Made by a program: the position numbers and the translations under genes. Positions 28,960-38,613 of a stretch of 64,000 nt of DNA are shown in pieces. This DNA is from an uncultured Chroococcidiopsis sp. (GTDB lineage: Bacteria > Cyanobacteriota > Cyanobacteriia > Cyanobacteriales > Chroococcidiopsidaceae). Position 1 is the first letter of the stretch, and each line of letters begins with the position of its first letter. The DNA is taken from NCBI GenBank assembly GCA_964248365.1, contig CAXTYC010000029.1, forward strand, positions 1-64,000, in the 5' to 3' direction. Below the pieces are notes generated by a model. It searched no databases. It had not been told where the DNA came from and saw nothing but the letters and a program-made list of their open reading frames with translations.

Positions 28960-29880
28960 ATGACTAAATTAGCCAATACCAACAAATCTGAAATGGAATT
29001 GATAGATCAATATTCAACCATGAAAATAGGAAGCGAAAACCACAAGGAACTGTTCTGTCGCAGTTTCATTGACACTCATCTAGAGTTTGAGCCGGAGAAA
29101 TTAGCCTGGCCAGATCTCGACAGCGTAGCCCTTGATCGCCTACGTAGTATTCCCTTTTGGAAAGAAGCCCTCGAAACTGAGCAAGAGGCTGGGGCTATGG
29201 TTAGCGCCTTCGCTGCAACACAGGACGATCCCCTATTGCAAGAAGCGATCGCCCTTCAAGGTAGGGAGGAAGCTCGCCACGCGAGGCTGATTGATTGTCT
29301 AATTAAGCATTACGACATTGAGATTTCCCAACCGCCCTTGCCCATCCTTCCAAGCAACATCAAAACTGCCTTCATTGATTTTGGCTTTGGCGAATGTCTC
29401 GACTCTTTCTTCGCCTTCGGGATGTTCGGAATTGCCCGTCAAGTTGGCTATATGCCTGAAGCATTGTTCGACATCTTCGATCCGATTCTGGACGAAGAGG
29501 CGCGACACATCATGTTCTTCGTTAATTGGGTAACTTACCTACAAATTAATCAGGGTCGTAGCAATAATTGGCTACGTGGAGTTCATGCTCTCTGGCATTA
29601 CAGCAGAGCGCTTCAATATAAGATCAAAGCTTTTGGTGGCTCAAATGATGAGCGACAGGGGAGTTTCACTGCTACTGGAGCTAGTAACTTTATGGATAAT
29701 TTAACTCCCGATTTGTTTTTCTCCACTTGCCTGCAAGAAAACGCCCGACGGATGAGCGTTTTTGACCAGCAGCTACTTCAGCCCATGATGATACCTAGAC
29801 TTGCCAAAATTGCCCTAAGCGCTCTCAAACTAATACCTCAGAGTCAGTCCAAGCCGACAGCCCAATTTTCAGAACCATAA
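28960..29880 (+). CDS. Ferritin-like di-iron protein within the hpn cluster
   Basis: E...EEARH and E(CLDSF)...DEEARH paired di-iron motifs. Confidence 0.8.
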   Translation: MTKLANTNKSEMELIDQYSTMKIGSENHKELFCRSFIDTHLEFEPEKLAWPDLDSVALDRLRSIPFWKEALETEQEAGAMVSAFAATQDDPLLQEAIALQGREEARHARLIDCLIKHYDIEISQPPLPILPSNIKTAFIDFGFGECLDSFFAFGMFGIARQVGYMPEALFDIFDPILDEEARHIMFFVNWVTYLQINQGRSNNWLRGVHALWHYSRALQYKIKAFGGSNDERQGSFTATGASNFMDNLTPDLFFSTCLQENARRMSVFDQQLLQPMMIPRLAKIALSALKLIPQSQSKPTAQFSEP

Positions 29881-29900
29881 AACTAGGTTATTGATAGACT

Positions 29901-30749
29901 ATGAGATTTGCCATTATCAATGGTGATGACTTCGGCTTTTCTAGTGGTGTCAATCAAGCGATTATCCAAGCTCATGAACAAGGGGTACTGACTAGTACAA
30001 GCCTGATGGTGACGGGTGATGCTGCACATGAAGCGATAGCCTCCGCCCTCACTCATCCTGATCTGGCGGTCGGGCTACACCTGGTATTGGTCTGCGGTCG
30101 CTCGGTTCTGCCACCAGCCCAAATACCCCATTTAGTTGATTCCAATGGTAATTTTCCTAACGATCCGCTCCTAGCTGGGTTGCGCTACCAGTTTAACCGA
30201 GCAGCACGTCAGGAACTGCGTAGGGAAATTATTGCCCAGTTAGAAAAATTTCGCTCCTGTGGGTTAACCCTTTCCCATGTAGATGGTCATCTGCATATGC
30301 ACGCTCATCCTGTTGTACTGGGCATCCTAGTGGAATTGGCAGACGAATTTAATATCAAAGTTATTCGACTGCCATCCGAGGAGTTGGGACTGACACTGAA
30401 GCTCGACCGCAGTAGATGGCTCAATAAACTAGTTTGGTTTGGAATATTTAGTGGCTTGCGGCGCTACGGTGAGAGTTTACTTAAGTCAAAAGGCATTGGC
30501 TTTGCCAACCGAGTTTATGGGTTGCTCCAAAGTGGTGGCATGACTAAGGAATACTTGCTCGGTCTAATTCCCCAGCTACGTGCAGACCTAGTGGAGATTT
30601 ATTCCCATCCGGCAATTGCGATCGCTAACCAACCACTCAATGGTCCACCTGGTGCAGGTGAAGCAGAACTTGCAGCCCTTTTGAGCGAACAAGTGCGTGA
30701 GGCATTGGCGAATAATGGCTTTGAGCTTACTAACTATAGCCATCTCTAA
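29901..30749 (+). CDS. hpnK: Hopanoid-associated deacetylase (YdjC/ChbG family)
   Basis: NGDDFG, VGLHL, HVDGHLHMH and EIYSHP motifs. Confidence 0.9.
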   Translation: MRFAIINGDDFGFSSGVNQAIIQAHEQGVLTSTSLMVTGDAAHEAIASALTHPDLAVGLHLVLVCGRSVLPPAQIPHLVDSNGNFPNDPLLAGLRYQFNRAARQELRREIIAQLEKFRSCGLTLSHVDGHLHMHAHPVVLGILVELADEFNIKVIRLPSEELGLTLKLDRSRWLNKLVWFGIFSGLRRYGESLLKSKGIGFANRVYGLLQSGGMTKEYLLGLIPQLRADLVEIYSHPAIAIANQPLNGPPGAGEAELAALLSEQVREALANNGFELTNYSHL

Positions 30750-30812
30750 ATCAATTATCAATTATCAATTATCAATTATCAATTATCAATTGTTGATTAT
30801 TGATTGATAATT
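30749..30812. repeat. STRR (CAATTAT)n with inverted tail
   Basis: tcaattatcaattatcaattatcaattatcaattatcaatt...ttgattgataattg. Confidence 0.85.
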
Positions 30813-31136
30813 GTAATTTGCCATAATAACCACACATGAAGTTCGTGCAAAAGTTAGAAAAAAACAAGCATTTAATCTAGAAAACGCGCATATTTATTGG
30901 TTTTAGTCAATGGATTTTACATATGTTTCAACAACTTTTAACCTAAAAATAACAATACATCTTGGTTAACAATGTTTATCCATTGAAGATCCCCCCATCG
31001 CCCCTTTAAACAAGGGTTGGGGTATCGAGTCCTAACCGAAAAATATTGTATCTCTATTGTATCTGGAATGATATAATCTATTGTTTTTATTGTCCGACTA
31101 CCAGAGGGCAAATCAATTGGGTTGTGATCAACCAGC

Positions 31137-32759
31137 ATGAATTTACTTTTCTTTCTCCTGCGGTCTGACTGGAGGACGGTAGCGATCGCCATTATCACAG
31201 GCTTGCTAAGTGGTGGCAGCAGTGCCGCCTTGATTGCCCTGATCAGCAATGCCGTCAGTCACAACCCTACTTCACCTCTTATCCCAGTAATTTGGGGTTT
31301 TACTGGACTAGCGTTGGTGGCAGCCGCTACCAGCTTTATATCTCAGGTTGTGCTATTTCGTCTTTTGCAGAATGCTGTTTTTCAATTGCGGATGCGTCTA
31401 ACGCGCCAAATTCTCGCTTCCCAGTTGAGTCATCTGGAGCAGTTAGGCACTCCCCGCTTGCTGGCAACTCTAACAGAGGATGTCCAGGCAATCACTTCAG
31501 CCGTTTACCTGATCCCGTTTCTTTGTATTGATCTGGCGATCATAGTAGGTTGTTTTGTCTATTTGGCTTGGCTCTACTGGTCAATTTTTCTGGTTGTGCT
31601 TGGCTTTACACCAATTGCATTGGCTAGTTGCTTGTTGCTATTGAGAAAAGGCAGACGATTGCTCGTCCTAGTGCGTGAAGATCAAGACCAACTGTATAAG
31701 CACTTGGGAACTGTTACCGAAGGAGTCAAGGAACTTAAGCTGCACTACCAACGGCGACAGGATTTTATCATTAACGACCTTCAAGCCACTGCCGATTCGT
31801 TTCGCCGCAACAATATTCACAGTCTGACTGTGTTTGCCACAACGTCTAGCTGGGGACGATTTTTGTTGTTTTTTGCCATCGGGGTAATACTTTTTGCGCT
31901 GCCAAGTTTGATTAATATTAGTCCCCAAGCACTGGCAGGTTATATCCTGACCTTTACCTACTTAATGCTGCCGTTTGACAACTTAGTTAATAACCTGCCC
32001 CAGATTGGTCGGGCTAGTGTTGCTTTACAAAAAATTGAATCCTTGGGTTTATCACTAGATGGGTGTTCCGAAGCAGCCACGATGCCACCCCCCCCTAGAA
32101 GGGACTGGCAGTGCTTAGAACTCAAGGGAGTCACTCACACTTACCAGGGACAAGAAGATAGTAGGTTTGTCTTCGGTGGGATCGATCTGACGCTACAACC
32201 GAAGGAACTAGTGTTTATCGTAGGTGGCAATGGCAGTGGCAAATCCACCCTGGCAAAGCTGATTACTGGGCTTTATATCCCAGAAGCAGGAGAAATATTG
32301 CTGGATGGACAGCCAATTAACCAGCAAAATCGGGAGTGGTATCGTCAGCATTTTTCCGCTGTCTTCTCTGACTTCTACTTGTTCGATCGCCTCCTGGGAC
32401 TAGATACCACTAACCTGGATGCCCAAGCTCAAGCCTTATTGCAGCAACTACAGCTAGATCGCAAGGTGAGGGTGGAAAATGGCAGGCTTTCCACTACGGC
32501 GCTTTCTCAGGGACAACGCAAGCGGTTAGCTTTGCTCACTGCTTACCTGGAAGACCGACCGATTTACCTGTTCGATGAGTGGGCAGCCGATCAAGATCCC
32601 GTGTTCAAGGAACTCTTTTACACCCAATTTCTACCTAACCTAAAGAGTAAGGGCAAAACAGTGCTAGCGATCAGCCACGATGATCGTTACTTCCACCTAG
32701 CAGACCGAATCGTCAAGCTGGACTACGGCAAGGTAGAGTACGACAAGCGCTGGTCTTAA
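31137..32759 (+). CDS. Cyclic-peptide export ABC transporter (PvdE/SyrD/YojI family, fused TMD-NBD)
   Basis: GVKELKL, GGNGSGKST, VFSDFYLF, LSQGQRKRLAL, DEWAADQDP and ISHDDRYF motifs. Confidence 0.9.
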   Translation: MNLLFFLLRSDWRTVAIAIITGLLSGGSSAALIALISNAVSHNPTSPLIPVIWGFTGLALVAAATSFISQVVLFRLLQNAVFQLRMRLTRQILASQLSHLEQLGTPRLLATLTEDVQAITSAVYLIPFLCIDLAIIVGCFVYLAWLYWSIFLVVLGFTPIALASCLLLLRKGRRLLVLVREDQDQLYKHLGTVTEGVKELKLHYQRRQDFIINDLQATADSFRRNNIHSLTVFATTSSWGRFLLFFAIGVILFALPSLINISPQALAGYILTFTYLMLPFDNLVNNLPQIGRASVALQKIESLGLSLDGCSEAATMPPPPRRDWQCLELKGVTHTYQGQEDSRFVFGGIDLTLQPKELVFIVGGNGSGKSTLAKLITGLYIPEAGEILLDGQPINQQNREWYRQHFSAVFSDFYLFDRLLGLDTTNLDAQAQALLQQLQLDRKVRVENGRLSTTALSQGQRKRLALLTAYLEDRPIYLFDEWAADQDPVFKELFYTQFLPNLKSKGKTVLAISHDDRYFHLADRIVKLDYGKVEYDKRWS

Positions 32760-32798
32760 CTGCTTCAAACTGGTGTTCAAAGTTGAAAACGCTTGTCG

Positions 32799-33008
32799 TA
32801 AGCGGGAGGACATAAAAAAATGGCGATCGTCAAACTAGATAACCCTAGCCGCCTAACAGATCCGACCTGGAATATGGCAAAAAAAAATGGACAGGCTTCA
32901 TTACAACACGCAGCCCCCTTTTATACTTTAAGGGCAAGACAAAAAGCCTGTCCATTTTTTCAGCCCCAGCTCCCATACACAAAAGAGCCATTTTTTTCAG
33001 ACGAGGTA
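32799..33008 (+). mobile_element. Dispersed palindromic element (AAAAAAATGGC family), copy 1, with a nested hairpin
   Basis: Ends TAAGCGGGAGGA.ATAAAAAAATGGC and GCCATTTTTTTCAGACGAGGTA, and core GTCAAACTAGATAACC..TAACAGATCCGAC, are shared with 41146-41276 in inverted orientation. Confidence 0.65.
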
Positions 33009-33022
33009 CGTACAATCTTTCG

Positions 33023-33853
33023 CTATTTACTCGTATTTGCTACTTGCTCAATTAGCGCCAGCACATCACTCCGACTGAGTTTCTCTTTGCCATGCGCTAG
33101 AGCATCAAGAGTGCCGTGCGCTAGGGTCAGGGGAATTCGGCAAAAATTTAATGCAGGACCGACAGGGAGAGCTTGGGTGTAAGCATCTGCCAGCTTTAGA
33201 TTGCGACGGGCATACCTGTGCATTTGTTCTGCACTCCAACCATCTGGGTAGAAGTCCACCCCACGCACCAAATCTTCACTGTGGTTGCGGAGAATGTTAA
33301 CCGCTTGTAGACCTCTACCAAACCCAATCGCATGGATACGGTTCGTCTGCGTCCCATCGTACCAAGCCCATAAATCCGAGAGCATTAACCCAACTACACT
33401 GGCAACACTAAATGTATAACGATCCAAATCTGCCTCGGTATAAATTTTCCAATTTCTGTCTGCCCAATAAGCCATTCGGTCTGCCATCGCGGCAGTGGAA
33501 TCCCAAATTCGAGGTGCAATGGTTGGGGGCGCTAGTAGCAACCATTCTCTAATCCGAAGAGTTACCTCTTCTAACGAATCCTTGTAGGTGCTAAATGGGG
33601 TAGAGAAAGCATCAAAGGCGAAGCCATCAACCCCTGCTTGTAATGTCAAACTAATCGAGCGCAATAGTTTCGCCTTAGCAAGATTATCTAGTTCTGGATG
33701 ATCTTCAATTTGATCGATCGCTCGTAGACACAGGTAGGCTGATGTGACTGCCTCTTGCAGTTCAAGAGGTAATTGACTAATGGGGATGTAAAAAGTCCGG
33801 CTGGTTTCCTTCAGAATTGTTAATGCATCTGTAAGCAAATTCATCTGTGACAC
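33023..33853 (-). CDS. sqs: Squalene synthase (phytoene/squalene synthase family)
   Basis: TSRTFYIPI, YLCLRAIDQIED, DLDRYTFSVA and GRGLQAVNILR motifs; hopanoid context. Confidence 0.82.
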   Translation of the reverse strand: MSQMNLLTDALTILKETSRTFYIPISQLPLELQEAVTSAYLCLRAIDQIEDHPELDNLAKAKLLRSISLTLQAGVDGFAFDAFSTPFSTYKDSLEEVTLRIREWLLLAPPTIAPRIWDSTAAMADRMAYWADRNWKIYTEADLDRYTFSVASVVGLMLSDLWAWYDGTQTNRIHAIGFGRGLQAVNILRNHSEDLVRGVDFYPDGWSAEQMHRYARRNLKLADAYTQALPVGPALNFCRIPLTLAHGTLDALAHGKEKLSRSDVLALIEQVANTSK

Positions 33854-33919
33854 TCCTCTAAATGTTTAGATCTTTACACCAACTCAAATGCATAACCCTT
33901 AAATAGAGCTGAATCTATC

Positions 33920-35179
33920 TGGTAGCTCAACCTAATTAAATACAAAACGCTCAACTTCATAGTTATTTTGGTTGGTGAAAGCTTCGATAGCAACCATAAT
34001 TGCCAACGCTAAATCATATTCATCCTCAAACACACCAAAAGTTAGCTCATCGAGCTTGAGATATAACCATTCATCTTCAATGCGATTGGGAATCCGATGT
34101 AACTCTAAAAATACAACAGTCCCTACTTCAAAGATCCCTCGTACAAATCCAATAAACCCTAATACAGAGACAGTTGTATTTTTAAGACGGAAAACCCTGG
34201 GAAGTGAAGTGCGAAGGTGGCTTGAAGAACATAAACAGGTCTTGTTGCTGCCAGCGTAGATGGTGTTGTTGAGCCAATTGGCTATGATGCACTGATGCAT
34301 TGTTTTGCATAATTACTGTAATTTGTCTAGTCGTATTAAAATGTTGTTGGGCTTGTTTTGCTTGCTGTGTTCATTAACTGAGTATAGGACGGCGCTTTGA
34401 GGATTTTGACCATTAGCCCATAATCAAACCGCACCCCGTTCCCACAGGCTAAAAATATTGATACGTCACCTCGCAAGCGAGTTTGCCGAATCTATATTTT
34501 GCTCTTGGCGACGACCATAGCTGTAATTGGCTGGGCTGTGACAATAGCATCGTGACTCGCACTCGATACTTCAAGCAAAGCAATACTATCTGTACCCAGA
34601 ATTTAAGCATCTCCCAATTCCATCGTTTTGCTTGTACTATTTAAGGCGATTTGCGAGTAGGTAGGACTGATGCGGATGCATTTGTTTGTCCACCCCTTTT
34701 TTTGAGCAGGCGACGCACCTGCTTTTGCTCCCACTTCTACCTGGCGTGTGATTGGTTTCAAAGCTGGCTCGCGCGATGCCTGTGGCAACGCAACGCGATC
34801 GCACCCTCGACATGGCTGCGACACCAGGGCAAGGGTTGCCTGCTGTGTGGTCCTCACTTGCCGCGTCCTGGTCTACCACATTCTGGCGCTTCCCTCAATC
34901 CACCTGTGTCCATTACCTTGCCAACGCCGCATTTGCCGCACAGTATACTCATGCCGATTAAGGTATGCTGTAATTTCAGGCACATTCCAACCATGAGCAT
35001 TGAGTCCTAGTGCGATCGCCCGTTGTTTGATGCGCTCATTTACTCTATTAGCACAACCCCTTTCTTTGAGGGAGCGCTCTTGTGCTTCATTGAGCTTAAT
35101 TTGCGCTCGTAGCAGGCATCGTTGTTGCATCCAGCTAACCACTTTACTTATCTTATATTTAATTGAGTTGACCTACTTA
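33920..35179 (-). mobile_element. Degenerate IS630-family insertion sequence
   Basis: Imperfect TIRs GTAGCTCAACCTAATTAAATA / GTAGGTCAACTCAATTAAATA; HTH fragment (LNAHGWNVPEI...HEYTVR); DDE fragments (ITVIMQNNASVH, NRIEDEWLYLK...FEDEYDLA); many frameshifts. Confidence 0.82.
34087..34202. mobile_element. Small IR-bounded insertion nested in the IS630 relic
   Basis: Inverted TAAAAATACAAC(A/T)GTC arms and flanking TGGGA direct repeats; interrupts the transposase just before NRIEDEW. Confidence 0.55.
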
Positions 35180-35413
35180 GTTAGCAAAACTTCATTCGTT
35201 ATAGATTAACTTTGTATTTCATTTAAGAATTAACTTTTTTTGGAGTATTGTCAACTTTAGGATACACCAGGGCATTGCCTTTGTTAATTAAGGGTTGGTG
35301 TAAAGAGGCTGGTTGTGAGTTGATTTTCTCTATGTATCCAAAATCTTCCTTGTATCGCCCTTGCGGCTTTCCTAGCCAAATTATCAGCTACCTTGCTGGC
35401 TCTACTACACACT

Positions 35414-35482
35414 TCCACTGATCTCCTCCTTAAAAACGGCAAGATTCACAATGGTCGGCAGAACTTTAAGTGCAAAACCTGC
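35414..35482 (+). pseudogene. IS1-family transposase zinc-ribbon scrap
   Basis: Translates as LLKNGKIHNGRQNFKCKTC. Confidence 0.65.
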
Positions 35483-35642
35483 TTCTTTTGTTAATTAAAA
35501 ACTGATATCCAACTCCAGAGAAACTTATCTGTTCACGAGCGCTTGTGACTTTTTAGAACACCTAAAACAGAAAGTGAACCCAAATGCATATAGCTAGATT
35601 TATGTCAATGCGCTCGTTCTAAATTTTTTTTCCAGAGGCGGT

Positions 35643-36393
35643 TCAATCCTCAGTTCTATACAAAGAGTCAACCATTGCTGCTGATACTGCTTGGGCTGGT
35701 GCATCAAATAAAATCCTTCCTTGACGCAGACCAACTAAGCGCTGAAAATGACTACGGGCATATTCAAAGGCGTGAAGGCTTGTCACCAGGGTTTTACCTT
35801 TTGTTTGGCTTAGCTCACATAACAGGCGAATAATTTCACGGCTGCGTTCTGGGTCAAGATTAGAAATCGGTTCATCAGCAAGAATAGCAGCGGGGTTTTG
35901 GACTAAAAGGCGGGCTAAAGCTACTCGTTGTTGCTGACCTCCAGCAAAGGCGATCGCTACGTTCATACAACTTATCCCCTATTCCCACCTGCATTAAAGC
36001 GAGCGTTGCTGTTTCCACTTCCAACGGATAAATCAGTGAAACGGCTGCTTTCAAAAACGACCACCGTCCTAAATGCCCAGCGTTAACATTATGGATAACT
36101 CTTAAATTATCCACCAAATGAAATTGCTGATAAATCGTACCGACTTGGCGCTGCACCTGACGCAACGAATGGGGTTTTAAATTAGCTAAATTCTTCCCTA
36201 ATACCCACACTTGACCCCCACTCGGTCGCAGTGTACCGTTAAGTAAGTTAATTAGCGTACTTTTACCAGCACCACTAGAACCGACAAGAGCAACTCTTTC
36301 CCCAACATATATTTGCAGGTTAATGTTAGCGATCGCGCGGTATCTGCCAAATTGTTAGGTAACGTTTTTCAACTCAAAAATAGGTGCTTCCAT
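35643..36393 (-). pseudogene. phnC: Phosphonate/selenate-type ABC ATPase (PhnC-like), disrupted
   Basis: MEAPIFELKNVT* then GSSGAGKST and QQFHLV; frameshift at the LSGGQQQRVA signature; ADEPISNLD. Confidence 0.82.
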
Positions 36394-36431
36394 CAGTTAT
36401 CAGTTATCAGTTACCAGTTCTCAATTTGGGT

Positions 36432-36638
36432 TCACTGTTCACTGTAGCCTATTGCCCCACCTTCATGTTGAATTAACCACACCCGAACGAGGGAATTATC
36501 AGGCAAAATCTTTGCTAATGCCTTGCGAACAGTGTAGCCCTCAAAGGGATGACCATCAAATTCATAATACTCTTGGATTAATTCTACCACTAGTTCGCTG
36601 TCAGATATTTTAGCAATTTTAAAGGTACTTCCCCTCAA
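36432..36638 (-). pseudogene. GNAT acetyltransferase N-terminal fragment
   Basis: LIQEYYEFDGHPF...RVWLI...AIGY, then truncated at an STRR. Confidence 0.55.
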
Positions 36639-36867
36639 GCGCTGCTATATAAAATATTATAATTTTTTCTGAAAACATTTAATCTCCTCTTTAGTTACTT
36701 CTGAGGATTCCCGCGCAGAGGACGATTGTCCTCTGCGCTCCAACTAATTACTTTTAGCAAGTATTTAGTCAGACAAATACAATTACTATATTATGATGTT
36801 TCAATGCAAAAAGCAAGGGGTAATTCGTAATTAAAAAAGCAAGAGCAGTTACTCTTTACCAACTACC

Positions 36868-36932
36868 GTACGGGCGCACTTTAAACGAGTTATCTGTTTG
36901 TTCAAAAGTATGTTTGATAAACCCGCCCCTAC
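36868..36932 (+). repeat. GTAG-type REP-like hairpin, copy A, followed by (TACCAAT)n
   Basis: GTACGGGCGCACTTTAAACGAGTTATCTG...TAAACCCGCCCCTAC; near-identical to 44461-44525. Confidence 0.75.
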
Positions 36933-36964
36933 CAATTACCAATTACCAATTACCAATTACCTGT

Positions 36965-37860
36965 TTATTTAATTTTGCCAATTTGGCGACCAACTGCTTC
37001 AATTTGAGCGTAATTGGAATTTTGGGTAGGAATGAACTTGTTAGCCTGTAAAAGGTCGAGAATTTCCTTTTGTTCTGATACTTTAGGATCTAGTTTCAAA
37101 AAGGCATTTTGGACTTTTTTGACAAAATCATTGCCGTAGCGTTGTTTAACTTGGGGATTAATAACCCAGTGGTAGTCATAGTAGGCAGGCGATCGCCAAA
37201 TCACATCCACTTTATTGAGGTCTACTTCGTTTGCCGACCGTCTTTTTAACCAAACTTTTTCATTTACAGCACCAGCATCATAAGTGCCTGCTTCCACTAA
37301 TTTAATCGTCTTGTCATGATCGCCAGAAAAGCCGACACCTTTAAAATCTTCTAGCTTCACACCAGCTTGTTGCAAAAAGTATTGTGGCATTAACCGCCCC
37401 GAAATTGAAGACTCGCTGCCGAAGGTAAAGGTGTGTCCCTTCAACTGCTAGAGTGAGGCAATGTCTTTAAATGGTTTTAGTCCACTTTGTTTGTTGGCAA
37501 TAAAGAGGCTGTGAAATTTTTCGTCTACATCACGCTGGGCGATCGCTTCGGCACCTGGTACTTGTAACCTAGCCTAAACGCCAGTCAATCCCCCAAACCA
37601 AACTAAGTCTAAATCTCCTACCTTAAAAGCAGTCACAGCCGCCGTATAATCAGTCACCCGCTTGTATTCCACTGCCACTGCGAGTTCCTTTTGCAGAAAG
37701 TCCGCTAGTTTAGTGTACTGACTTGGTCAGGAATTGCCCCCATCATCAAAGGCTTTGTTTGTGTAGCACCATTATTCGCCGCCGTTCCAGATGTACTCTT
37801 AGAACAAGCAGCTAACGGTAGCAATACCAGCAACATAGCCGACCAAAAAAATTTTTTCAT
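36965..37860 (-). pseudogene. phnD: PhnD-like (putative selenate/phosphonate) substrate-binding lipoprotein, disrupted
   Basis: Lipobox LAAC and GAIPDQ, then a short deletion/frameshift and two in-frame TAG stops (GGLTGV*, IASL*); FTFGSESSISGRLMP; YYDYHW. Confidence 0.82.
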
Positions 37861-38052
37861 CTTTTGATATCTGGTTCCTGACAGTTCTTGAAAGAGAAGC
37901 GACGATAATTACCCAAGTGTGATTTTCGAGTTGATAGGATAACCCAAATTCAGATCAAAGCACCAGCATCCGAAAGTAAGTGCAATATTATAACTAAAGA
38001 CCGAGTACAGTAGGTAATTTTTCTTTAATCCGGTTACTAAAACTAACTGTGC

Positions 38053-38193
38053 TATAGGAACCCTAAACGATTCGTGAAATCTTTCATGTGGCTGTACGAG
38101 TGTTCTTAGTCAATAGTCAAGAACAAAGGACTATTGACTAATGACTAATGACGATCAGAGGCAGTATTTCATGACTCAAATAGGATTGCTATA
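38053..38193 (-). mobile_element. MITE-like element, TATAGC family, copy 2 (inverted)
   Basis: Reverse complement matches 24333-24481 (TTTGAGTCATGA.ATACTGC ... TTCACGAATC.TTTAGGGTT.CTATA). Confidence 0.7.
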
Positions 38194-38224
38194 GAAGAGA
38201 GAGCTTTCCCGTTTAACTGTAGTT

Positions 38225-38254
38225 GTAGAGACGCGCTCATGAAAACGTCTCTAC
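38225..38254. repeat. GTAGAGACG...CGTCTCTAC REP-like hairpin
   Basis: 9-bp perfect inverted arms. Confidence 0.7.
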
Positions 38255-38613
38255 AGCCCTTCATTCCTTCTTAACACAGTACATTTCTAGCGATCGTAGG
38301 CATTTTTATAAAGACAGTATAAATTTTATCCTAAACTTCGATAAACTTAGGGAATATACTGAAATTTAGATGTTAGATTTTTTATGTAATTCCAAAAGGA
38401 AAAAATAAATTCCTGATGTTAATAGACTGATGAATTCGATTATATTCAGTTTTACCTGTAAGCAAACTAGTGTTTTTGTTTGTTTAGAGTAATTTATCTG
38501 ATTACTTAAAGTTTCTATATCAATAACTACCTAGGGTATTTAAGTATTTACGACTTTATACCGTAGGTAGAGTTTAGTTCAATTGATTTATTACTTAAGG
38601 GACACCATTAATT

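Noticed and set aside
26106..32759. RiPP cluster (radical SAM enzymes plus peptide exporter)
   Set aside because: Both radical SAM enzymes carry clear HpnH/HpnJ signatures and no precursor peptide was found
32845..32872. GCCTAAC/GTTAGGC integron core-like sites in the dispersed element
   Set aside because: No paired inverse-core/core attC geometry, cassette array or integron integrase in view
32820..33182. 120-aa plus-strand ORF
   Set aside because: Runs through a palindromic repeat and antisense to squalene synthase; no recognisable motif
33932..35209. Numerous short ORFs as independent genes
   Set aside because: Explained as fragments and shadows of the IS630 relic
38349..38360. GGGAATATACT as an alternative-sigma promoter for the PEP-CTERM gene
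   Set aside because: Imperfect short match in AT-rich DNA; unsupported without TSS data
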